A stretch of DNA of 64,000 nucleotides, from positions 81,778,001 through 81,842,000 of the forward strand of contig OX597825.1 in the NCBI GenBank assembly GCA_951406725.2. The letters run 5' to 3'. This DNA comes from Octopus vulgaris (taxonomy: Eukaryota). This document shows positions 39,987 to 51,185 of this stretch, in pieces (the first letter of the stretch is position 1; each line of letters starts with the position of its first letter). Position numbers and translations under genes: made by a program. The notes under the pieces were generated by a model, which searched no databases, was not told the DNA's origin, and saw only the letters and a list, made by a program, of their open reading frames with translations.

Positions 39987-40700
39987 TCTTTATATATATA
40001 AAACTGAGAATATGTGTCTGTCTGTCTGTCTGTGTGTTTCCCTAAAACTTGAGAACTACACAACTAATTTCATTCACATTTTACATATGCCTTACTTAGG
40101 GTCCGGGGAGTGTCATGGGCAAAAAAATGTTTAACTTCTTGCCTAGAGCGAGCCTATAGCAATATCATATCTTCTCCACTATTTCAGCATTACGTGTTAA
40201 AAGTGAAGCAAAAATATTTCTCTATTTTATGTCAGATGCTTTCACTTTAATAATAAAAATAATAATAACAATTGAATTATATGTAGTAAGTAATAATTAA
40301 AATCAAACTAAAGTATAACATAAGTAAAAATAGCAATTGGTATAAAATTGCATCAATGATTTGAACTTGAATAAGTGGTTTCACATGAATGGGAATTAAG
40401 TTAAAAATAAAATTAGCATGCAGAAATGGAATAGTCCAGATGGATAATAAAAAATTAAATTAAAGAAAAGACTATTATCTATAAAGTATTCAATGTAGAG
40501 AAAAAAGAAGAGCTAACAATTCGAATCTGTTATATATTTTGAGTATTGTTATCACTAGCGATATCAAGATATAACTTTGTATTTTGCATTTTATGTGTAG
40601 ATGTATATATATAGACGTACATGTAATATGTACACATATATATACACATATATACATGCACTAGCACTATGACCCGGCAACGATGGGTCTTTAATGCTAG
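39987..40700 (+). mobile_element. Non-autonomous Helitron
   Basis: 5' A|TCTTTATATATATAAAA start, subterminal hairpin GACCC..GGGTC (40671-89), 3' CTAG|T end, no TSD. Confidence 0.75.
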
Positions 40701-40882
40701 TATATATATATATATATATATAAAGTGATGGTATGTTGCCAACTTAATTTGACAGTCCCATGAAAGGGAAGAATGCTACTGTTATTTAGCCCTAGGAAAC
40801 ACCGTTTCCGGTTGGACTTGACACATTTCCTGTGTCCAGTTTTCAAAGTGGAGACAAGCACCTCCACCCAGCAAAACCAGCA

Positions 40883-40925
40883 TCCAGAGACTAGTTTCAG
40901 AGTCCTTGCTCATCATCAGTCTGGA
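40883..40925 (-). ncRNA. Minimal type-I hammerhead ribozyme motif (intact core)
   Basis: Minus strand reads TCCAGA-CTGATGA-TGAG CAAGGA CTCT-GAAA-CTA-GTC-TCTGGA: 6-bp stem I, CUGAUGA and GAAA core, GUC cleavage triplet, palindromic stem III ACTAGT. Confidence 0.8.
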
Positions 40926-41062
40926 GTAGCATGGTTTGCTACCTGTCGATGCTCATTCGCCCTTGAAAACATATAGATTTCAAGTGAAATGCATTCCCCT
41001 TTCAAAACATAAGGACACAGAAAATGGGCATTTGGCAGCGCCACCTCTAGCCGAACGATTAT

Positions 41063-41107
41063 TCTGTGCTGATGAAGGGAAATAACCCGGAAATCACAAT
41101 ACACAGA
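41063..41107 (+). ncRNA. Second hammerhead-like motif in the same element
   Basis: TCTGTG-CTGATGA-AGGG AAATAA CCC G-GAAA-TCACAAT-A-CACAGA; other copies at 49803-49847 (-, stem III ATCATGAT, core GGAA) and partially at about 36788-36820 (-). Confidence 0.6.
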
Positions 41108-41495
41108 TATTGTTTTGAGCTGAGTGGGGGCTAGATTCCCTTGTTTGAAAATATGACCCAGATTGTGTCATATAGCCAGCTGGAGACGATGTCTCCTGGG
41201 GCTAAATTACAGCATCATTTGTCCTAAACCGGGACTGCCATGTTATGTTGGCAAACAATCTTTACTCCATAATAATAATGGTTTCAAATTTTTCCACAAG
41301 GGCAGCTATTCTTGGTAGGAGGGGATAAGTCAATTACATTCGCCCCCAGTACACAACTGGTACTTAATTTACCGACCCCAAAAGACTGAAAGGCGAAGTT
41401 GACCACGACGGCATTTGAACTCAGAACATAGCAATGGACAAAATACTGCTAAGCATTTCGTCCAGCATGCTAACGATTCTGACAGCCCACCACCT

Positions 41496-41554
<59 letters not shown>

Positions 41555-41773
41555 CCTTTCTACTGGAAGCACAAGGATTCAAATTTTTGGGGAAGGGATT
41601 AAGTCGATTACATTGATCCCAATGCATAACTGGTACTAATTTTATCGACTCCATGAAAGGATGAAAGGCAAAGTTGACCTTGGCAGAATTTGAACTTAGA
41701 ACATACAGACAGACGAAATACCGTTAAGCATTTCGCCCAGCGTGCTAACGTTTCTGCCAGCTTGCCACCTTAA

Positions 41774-41992
41774 CCCTTTAGTATTCAAACTGGCCATATC
41801 CGGCCAAAATAGCTAGTCTGTTTTATGTTCAAACTGACCAGATCCAGGCTCTCACACCTACCCTACAATGTTATTCTACATTAAGTAATTACACCATCAA
41901 GATCTTGAAGATATGAGATAATGCATGATTAATTCAAATCAATGGGAATCAATAAGCATTATGTTTGATAGAATAATCTGAACACTAAAGGG
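41774..41992. mobile_element. TTAA-flanked MITE, family 2
   Basis: TTAA-CCCTTTAG...CTAAAGGG-TTAA; copies at about 32853-33058, 52618-52836, 59635-59792 and 27015-27140. Confidence 0.8.
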
Positions 41993-42110
41993 TTAATAAT
42001 GATAATATTGATAACAACAAGAACAATAATAATAATAATAATAATGGTGATGAGGATGATGAGAGATACACAGCCCTCAACAGAGAAGAAAGAAGATATG
42101 CAAAACCTAC

Positions 42111-42306
42111 TCAGAACCATCCAGCGATAAAGGTGAGGCTTTTTCCATTGAATGCGATGCAGACAATTCAGGTTGGTTGAGAGGAAGTTGCCGTAAGGGG
42201 ATGAAATCATTGCTGGAAACATTATCAGGGAAGTCAATGAATTCAATAGGGTCTTCTTCTTCAGCTGCTGCTTCATCTTCTTCATCTTCTTCGTCTTCTA
42301 CCTCAT
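42111..42306 (-). CDS. CCPG1: CCPG1-like exon, acidic (DEVEDEEDEEDEAAAEEEDPIEFIDF...DGS)
   Basis: TTTCAG acceptor, GA|GTAGGT donor; 196 nt, phase 1 to 2; lies within ORF 42107..42349. Confidence 0.8.
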
Positions 42307-42744
42307 CTGAAATGAAACAGGTAACAGAGATAATAACATAATGAGCCAACGATGTTGGATTTCTCAGCTATTAACTGTATATACACACTCTACATTTCTA
42401 TGCTATATGTATACTGTGACTATATATATTAAGATATATTTAGTAGCCAGTAGATACTAGTAGCCAGCGCCGACTCGACTGGCTTCTGTGCCGGTGGCAC
42501 ATAAAAAGCACCTTCCGAACGTGGCCAATGCCGGAGCCCCCCCTGGCACCTGTGCAGGTGGCACGTAAAAAGCACCCACTACACTCGCAGAGTGGTTGGC
42601 ATTAGGAAGGGCATCCAGCCGTAGAAACTCTGCTAGATCAGACTGGAGCCTGGTGCAGCCCCTGGCTTCCCAGACCCCGGTCGAACCGTCCAACCCATGC
42701 TAGCGTGGAAAACGAACGTTAAACGATGATGATGATGATTTATT

Positions 42745-43116
42745 CTCTAGAAAAACGATGACACCGTGGTGATCTCATTCTTGCTCACAACATCATAAGC
42801 GGAAAGTGTAACCATTCGAAAGAGCTGTTCTTCACTCCTGCTCCAGAGAGTCGGCTGCGGGGTCACTCTGAAAAGCTCTATCTGCGATGATTTCATCTCA
42901 ATCGAAAGAAAGGGACTTTCTCCGTCCGGGTTGCGGATCCGTGGAATAAGCTGCCAGACGAGATAGTGAAGAGGCTGACGACCGCTCGGTTCAAAGTTTC
43001 TCTTGACCAGAAATGGCCGGAACTCTTTGCATGAACACCCTCCCTGTACATAACTCCATGTCCCCCTACAAGGCCTTGCCTTTTGCTTTTTGAGCCAAAA
43101 AATTAACTTAACTTAA
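42745..43116 (+). mobile_element. CR1-clade LINE 3' fragment
   Basis: RLRGHSEKLYLR*FHLNRKKGTFSVRVADPWNKLPDEIV...FKVSLDQKW, the typical CR1 ORF2 end with an in-frame stop; short tandem tail aacttaactt. Confidence 0.8.
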
Positions 43117-43414
43117 ATATATATATATATACAGGCCAATAAGGAAACTCCTACATGGTCAATTTACCTGTTAGAAATAGCAATGAAATTTCCTTTTTAA
43201 TCAAAGGTACCATCTGAAACAGGGGAAGGACACAGCTCATAATGTACTCCTTCTCTCTCTGTGGGTTAGCTCTACGTGAAGTAGTTAAGAAATGAACAGC
43301 CATATTGCAGCCCCCAACGACCCTTTCAAGACAACTCTGCAGACTTAATGAGAACAAAAGGATTTACAGCAGGTAAATAAGAACAAAGAAAGGAGGTAAA
43401 CAATTTTTCAGTAC

Positions 43415-43547
43415 CTTTGTTATCTGCAGAACCTTCCGCTTTGTCACCAGAAGTGCCACGCCTCTTCCTACAGCCGTAATGTACGGTGTCATCTTGGATG
43501 AACTCAATGGAACTGCTCGAGAGGGAATCTAAATCGGGATTCAGAGC
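43415..43547 (-). CDS. CCPG1: CCPG1/PBXIP1-like protein, most 5' confidently placed coding exon (ALNPDLDSLSSSSIEFIQDD...ADNK)
   Basis: Polypyrimidine tract plus CAG acceptor (plus-strand ctg 43548-50); donor AAG|GTACTG; 133 nt, phase 0 to 1, joins the next exon in frame. Confidence 0.75.
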
Positions 43548-44195
43548 CTGAAAGGAGAAAGATTGAAAAAACAAAGAAAAACATTAGAAATGCATGTGTA
43601 TATATATATATATATATATACAATTGCATATATTTATTTATTATCATCTGGGGTAATAATCTCATAACCTGCATTTCAAAGCTCCAATACAGTTATCGGC
43701 TATCATATGCCAACATACAGCAGGGTTACTCCTTTTAAATACATGTGGAACTCCATTTTTGTGAGGAGAATTTATATAAAAAATTTATAAGACAAGAAAA
43801 TGGAAATGAACAAGCTTTAATCACAAATCATAGCCTGTCGCTTTATAAACATTTTAAAGCCTCACAACACTCTTGGAGTGGTTGGCGTTAAGAAGGGCCT
43901 CCAGCCACAGAGACCATGCCAAGTCAGATTAGAAACCTGATTGATTAGAACCAAGAGGAACTATTTTGGTTTTTGGAATGGCAAATAAAGAAACAGTCTT
44001 TCAGTTGATTCTGAATAATGGTAGCAATACATACGTTCAGTTCACCGGAATGTGTCAGGTATGTCCATGTGTCTTTTTCTTCATTTTCCATATTAACCGA
44101 AGTCTGAAGTTCCTGATATATAAAAGAACATGAAATAATAAATTATATGTTTAAATAGGAAAAATACTATTTGCACACACCTAAGGAAAAGCTCT

Positions 44196-44248
<53 letters not shown>

Positions 44249-44735
44249 CATCATCATCATCATCATTTAACATCCGCTTTCCATGCTAGCATGGGTTGGA
44301 TGGTTCAACTGGGGTCTGGGGAGCCCGAAGGCTGCACCAAGCCAGTCAGATCTGGCAGTGTTTCTACAGCTGGATGCCCATCCTAACGCCAACCACTCCG
44401 AGAGTGTAGTGGGTGTTTTTATGTGCCACCGACACAGGTGCCAGACGAGGCTGGCGAACGGCCACGCTCGGATGGTGTTTTTATGTGCCACCGACACAGG
44501 TGCCAGACAAGGCTAGCAGACGACCACGCTCGGATGGTGTTTTTTATGTGCCACCGACACAGGAGCCAGATGAGGCTGGCGTATATATATATATATTTAT
44601 ATATATACACAAACGTAAAAGACTTTCTCACTTCCCGAGCATTAAACTAATACATCTGTTTGTTGTTTACACACCCGTCTTTGTCTTTTGTTTTGTTTTT
44701 TTTGTAAATTCTCACTATGTGTGTATATATATATA

Positions 44736-44974
44736 TATAAGAATTTTTTGCGTAATAAGATAAAAAACCAAGGCTGTATAGATATTAGAGCATTTATAGA
44801 TAGAAGGTCTTCCAGCTATCTATAAATGCTTTAATATCTATAAATGCTTTAATATCTATAAATGCTTTAATATCTATAAATGCTTTAATATCTATAAATG
44901 CTTTAATATCTATAAATGCTTTAATATCTATACAGCCTTGGTTTCTTATCTTATTACGCAAAAAATTCTTATAT
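44736..44974. repeat. Inverted repeat with an 18-bp unit amplified about 6 times in one arm
   Basis: aagaattttttgcgtaataagata... versus ...tatcttattacgcaaaaaattctt; (atatctataaatgcttta)n. Confidence 0.9.
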
Positions 44975-45126
44975 ACACACACTGACATAGAACCAACATT
45001 GAACCATTTATTCACAATATTACCGAATCTGGAACTCAACTATGGTCTGTCTATAGCACATATATTCAGCATTACTTGACACTTTTGGGTCTCAATGACA
45101 CCATTATCTCTTACTACCTCAACTTC

Positions 45127-45165
<39 letters not shown>

Positions 45166-45792
45166 AAGTTTACTGGACAAAAAGAAACACACACACATAT
45201 ATGTATATATATATTTCAAATTTACAGAAAACAAAAGAAGAAGACAGGGTGAAGGAACAACAAGCGGGTGTATCGGTTTAACGCTCAGGAAGAATGGAAA
45301 TGTCTTTGACATTTCAGGCCTATGCTCTTCTTCGAGAAAGGATTAAGAGGGAAAAAAATGGAGAGAGAAAAAGAAATGTGTAAGGCTTAATGATTCAACA
45401 TGATAAAATGGCATTAAGAAGGGCATCCAAATGTAGAAACTATTTGGTTTTGCTGGATTAAAGATATTCAACCAAATTTCAAAAAAATGTTCTCAAACAT
45501 CTCTCACACCCGTGTGCGTGTGCGTCTGTGTGTGTGTGTACGGACATAGAAACAGACAGACAAATGCATGTATATATTCTTTTATAAAATTGTTTCAGTC
45601 ATCTGACTGAAGCCATGCTGGAGCACCACCTTTAGTCGAGCAAATCGACCCCAGGACTAATTCTTTGCAAGCCTAGTACTTATTCTATCGGTCTCTTTTG
45701 TTGAACCGCTAAGTTACAGGGACATAAACACACCACCATCAGTTGTCAAGCAATGTTAGGTGGGGGAGGGACAGACACAGACACACAAACAT

Positions 45793-45825
<33 letters not shown>

Positions 45826-47023
45826 CATATCATCATCATCATCATCGTGTAACGTCTGCTTTCCATGCTGGCATGGGTTGGACAATTTGACTGAGGGCTG
45901 GTGAACCAGATGGCTCCACCAGGCTCCAATCTTGATCTGGCAGAGTTTCTACAGCTCTATGTCCTTCCTAACGCCAACCACTCCGAGAGTGTAGTGGGGG
46001 CCAGTCAGGCGGTACTGGCAACGATCTTGCTCGAATCTTTTTACACATGCCACCAGCACAGGTGCTAGTAGGCGATACTGGTAATGATCACATTCGAATG
46101 GTGTTTTTTACATGCCACCGGCACAGAGGCCAGATAGCTGCTCTGGCAACAATCATGCTCGGATGGTGCTCTTAATACCCTACAACACGGGTCTCAAGTG
46201 CCAGTAAGGTGACGCTGGTAATGATCACGCTCGAATGGTGCCTTTTAAGTGCCACTGGCACTGAGGCCAGTTAGCTGCTCTGTCAATGATCACACTCTTA
46301 TGGTGCTCTTTGCACCCTGCTAGCACGGACACCAGTCATCGAATTTTATTTTTATTTTTTTATTTATATATATATATATATATATATACGACGGGCTTCT
46401 TTCATTCTCCGTTTACCAAATCCACTCACAAGGCTTTGGTCGGCCCAAGGCTATAGTAGAAGACACTCACACAACATGCCACGCAGAGGGACTGAACCTG
46501 GAAGCATGTGGTTGGTAAGCAAGCGACTTACCACACAGCCACTCCAGTGCCTATATATATATATATATTTGTTGAAAGAGGATGACTCATTTTTTCAGTG
46601 TGATCCTTCAAGTGACAAAACATCAACCTTCAAATGAATGTATACACATCTGTGTATTTGTATACACACACACACTCAAACACACACATAAAAACACATA
46701 TATATAAATAGAGAGAAGTGTGTGTGTGCATGGCATTGTGCCATCTTGTTTTGTCTCTGACTCATGAAGACATCTGAGTTGTGTCACCTTACTTCCTCTC
46801 TCCACCACCACCACCACCGTTTCACATGTAACATTTATACAAATGTTAATTAATTATACATTCAACATCTAATTACTTCTTTGATAGACAGCAGTGTTTA
46901 ATAAAATGAAACACAACATATCTATATTTAACAGACACACATATATATATTTATATGTATATACATGTACACGTGTAGTATATATATATATGTATATATA
47001 TTTATTTATTTATATATAGACAT

Positions 47024-47058
<35 letters not shown>

Positions 47059-47765
47059 GGAAGATATATATATATATATATATACATACACACACACATA
47101 AATAGATATATATATAAATATACAGAGATACATAAATATATATATGGACACACAGACACATACACTTGTATATATCATCATCATCATCATCATTTAACAT
47201 CAGTCTTCCATGCTGGCATGGGTTGGACAGTTTGATAGGAGCTGTTGAGCCCACAATAAGTTCCACTGGGGTCTGTTTTGGCAAGGTTTTTATGCCCTTC
47301 CTAATGCCAACCACTTCAGACATATGAATATTTAACAGACATATAAACTCACATATATTTCCAGCAGCACATTTGCCAATCACAAGCAAATATAATTTCT
47401 TCGTAGCAATTAACAGGTTTGTGCTAATTGTTTTGGGTGGCTGTGTGGCTGTTGTGAGCAGCCACAGATACCCTCTCAGTCAGCTTTACTTTCGGTCAAG
47501 CAGAACATTGAAGAAGTGACAGCGAAAGAGAGAGAGGGGGGGAAGAGGAGATAGGGATGGTGGGGAGATGGAGAGAGTGGGGAGAGGAGGATGCACTGGC
47601 AATCGGCCAATACTCATATTCAGTTCTGTAGACTGGGGGCAATGTGAAAGGGGTGCCTCGGGCTCAAGAATACAGTGTCCTATCTAGTCTAGAAATTGAA
47701 CTCGTGAGCTTATGCTTCTCACATCACACGAAACACATGTATACATATACATACATAAGTATGTA

Positions 47766-47796
<31 letters not shown>

Positions 47797-48019
47797 TTCT
47801 GTTTGTGTGTATGGAACATGTGACTAATTCATGAACGTCAGAGACTGCATTCCAACGGCAAGTTGTTTTTGGCAAATGCCTAGATTATGTCGCTTCCGAA
47901 GATGTATTTTATGTGCAAAGAACAAGAATAGAGACAAAAGCAAATTCAAACTGAGAAAACATCCAATAATAATAACAATGATAATAATAACAATAAGAAG
48001 ATGAAGAAGAATGATAGCA

Positions 48020-48715
48020 AAAGGGGCTGATTGTTACCTAGCTCAGATAACAGGAAACCCCAAAATGGTAGAAATTCAAAAGATAGTGCTCATGGAAACT
48101 GACCATATCCTACATAAAATACTGTCTATGTAATCTCAAATTTTAAAACAAACATAATTTTCTTATGGTTTCTTAAACATTCTCTAGAACAACACTAAGT
48201 ACAAAACCAAATACATGGCACCCTAGGCATAACACCAACATGAACTTCTAATTTGTTGCCTCTTGAGGTCTCTGGGTGAGGCTTGGAGCCAACTTGTACA
48301 AATACAAACCAAAAGTCAAACATAGAATAATAATAATAATAACAACAATAATACAACAAAAGACTGCAGCACACCTCAAAAGAAAAGAACTGACGCAATA
48401 CAATACCGGGTCGAGTTTGCACACACCCAGCAGCAGAAAAGAGCCCACACTGCTGCACACAGCCAGCAACATGGAGGTGTAGCTAGTGATGCAGTGGAAA
48501 TTTGCCTCAAACTACCAAATTTTGAACAATTACAATAATAATAATAAGAAGAAGAATATCTGGAACTAGAAGTAGCCTGAATGTGGAATGTAGAAACAGA
48601 AACAATCCCTATAGTAATAGGTGCATTAAGTATGATTATAAACACCAGGACTTAACGAATGTATATAACATACAGAAAATAGCATTACTAGGCACCACAT
48701 ACATCCGACATAAAG
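48020..48715 (+). mobile_element. Cluster of R4/Dong-like 3' fragments separated by TAA repeats
   Basis: EIQKIVLMETDHILHKILSM* plus UTR plus (TAA)n; second piece LELEVA*MWNVETETIPIVIGAL...NIQKIALLGT. Confidence 0.6.
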
Positions 48716-48840
48716 GGTGAAGGACTTATTCTTTGCAAGCCTAGTACTTTTTCTATTGGTCTCTTTTGCCAAACTGCTAAGTTACGGGGACGTAAACACA
48801 CCAGCATCGGTTGTCAAACGAAGTTGAGGGACAAACACAG

Positions 48841-48874
<34 letters not shown>

Positions 48875-50853
48875 GCATACGATGGGCTTCTTTCAGTTTC
48901 TGTCTACCAAATCGACTCACAAGGCTTTGGTCGGCTCAAGGCTATAGTAGAAGACACTTGCCCAAGGTGCCACACAGTGGAACTGAACCTGGAACCATGT
49001 GGTTGGTAAGCAAGCTACTTACCATACAGTCTTCATCTTTTGTTTTTTTCGTAAACCCTCCCTTTATATATATGTGTGTGTGTGTTTGTGTCTGTGTCTG
49101 TCTGAGTCTGTCCCCCCCCCCTAACATTAGTGGTGTATTTATATCCCAATAACTTAGTGGTGCAGCAAAAGAGGTCAGTAGAATAAGTACTAGGCTTGCA
49201 AAGAATAAGTCCTGGGGTCGATTTGCACAACTAAAAGGCAGTGCTCCAACATGGCCATAGTCAAATGACTGAAACAAGAAAAAGAGTATAACTTTACATG
49301 AAAACAGACATTATACTCATGTATGTGTGTGTGTGTGTATGTGTGTGTGTGTACACATGCATGTTTATTTGAATCTTTGCATAACTATTCCGAGTGCAAA
49401 TAAGAATGGTCTGTCACAATTTGCAGCTTGGAGGCAATCAGTGACATCATTGTTTATGTTTTGGCAGCAGCCAAAAACTAAGTCTGCATCTCTTTGTGAA
49501 GAAATTCCTTGACAATGATGATGACATAATAATTTCCAGTTAATTTCTTAGAGTTCTATACTTTAGATATATATTAGAAAATTACCATTTCTAAATCTCA
49601 CAACGTGAGATATTCAGCAACAGTACTTTGGAGTAAAGATTATTTGCCAACATAACATGGCAGTCCTGGTTTAGGACTAATGTTGCTGTAATTTAGCCCC
49701 AGGAGACATCGTCTCCAGCTGGCTATACAACATAATCTGTGTCCTTATATTTTCAAGCAAGGGAATCTAGCACCCCCCTCCACCACTCAGCTCAAAACAA
49801 TATCTGTGTATCATGATTCCTGGGTTATTTCCCTTCATCAGCACAGAATAATTGTTCAGCTAGAGGTGGCGCTGCCAAATTCTCATTCGAAATATATAGT
49901 GTTGAAAGTGACAGCTAGTCACTGATTTATAAATTAGAAAATTACTATTTCAAAATCTCACAATGTGAGATATATTATACATCAACACTAATGTAACTAG
50001 TGGAACATAGAATAACAGAGAGGAAAATATCACTTGGAAAGAGGTGGGGGGAGGAGGAGGAGAAGTATAAGTGCTTCAAGTAAGAAGAAATAAAAAGCAA
50101 AGAGATTAAACAGCTTTAAGGAGGGAGAGGAGGGAGAGGCAGCGATATAATAAGAGGGACAATAAAAAGGGCTGACCAAGAGTATAAGGAGCGAGAGAGA
50201 GAGAGGATGTAGTTGTTTGGTTTTAGGTCAATCCTGATCTTTGGTGGATAACATTCCGGACATAACATCCTTGTTTTGTTTTTGTATTTTACTCCAGGCA
50301 CTGTGTACTTTAGAGTACATTATTCAATGAACCCATCCCTCGTTCTTCTTTTTAAGATGGGAGATTATAATTTGAAGGAAATATGACTGCTATTTCCATT
50401 AGCTAAGGGAAAAATAGTCTTCTCTCTAAGGTGGTGAGCTGGCAGAAACGTTAGCACACCGGGCAAAATGCTTAGCGGTATTTCATCTGTCTTTACGTTC
50501 TGAGTTCAAATTCCACTGAACAACCTGAAACAAGCTGAGAGACTAATAAAGAAAGAATTCTTTGCAAATGGGAGGGGAGGGGGAGTAAGAGATTCTTTTT
50601 TTTTTTTGTGCTGTTTTCACTTCACAGCACAACTGATCCCAATAAAGTCAATTGTGGTGTGAACATGATTTGAATCTGTCTTTATTGTTTTGGTTTATAT
50701 TTTCCGGTTTTGGAATTGTGTAGGGGACAAAAGACAAACAAAACTTAAAAAGGGTCTGTGTGTCTTCCCATTTTAACCCTTTCATTATCAACCTGGCTGA
50801 AACCAGCTCTGGCTCTGAGTACAAATGTCTTGTTTGCATAAGTTTTGAATTAA

Positions 50854-51066
50854 CCCTTTCGTTACCGTATTTCTGTTGAGATGCTCTGTTTTTCTCACAA
50901 TTATTTTAAATATAACAAAGAATTTAGTAAAATAACTTAGTTATCATTAAGCTAGAGTTAGGAACATAAATTGTGACTAAGGTTTGGTGGAAGATTTTAA
51001 TTCAAAACTTATGAAACAAGACATTTGTACTCAGAGCCGGTTTCAGCTGGGTTGGTAATGAAAGGG
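50854..51066. mobile_element. TTAA-flanked MITE, family 1, nested in an opposite-orientation copy (50777-about 51130)
   Basis: TTAA on both sides; the host sequence ttttgaa[TTAA]agtcttcc resumes after the insertion. Confidence 0.8.
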
Positions 51067-51133
51067 TTAAAGTCTTCCATCAAACCTTAGTCACAATTTA
51101 TGTTTCTAACTCTAGCTGAATGATAACTAGGTA

Positions 51134-51185
<52 letters not shown>

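Larger units (their letters stand above)
40725..41270. mobile_element. Hammerhead-bearing dispersed repeat (Penelope-like or retrozyme-like)
   Basis: Shares the block ...gctggagacgatgtctcctggggctaaattacagca...ttggcaaacaatcttt with copies at 33675-33755, 36560-36925 and 49570-49885. Confidence 0.6.

Noticed and set aside
44415-44580. About 60-bp repeats with a CRISPR-like look
   Set aside because: No unique spacers and no cas genes in a eukaryotic context; they are subrepeats of the RTE 3' UTR
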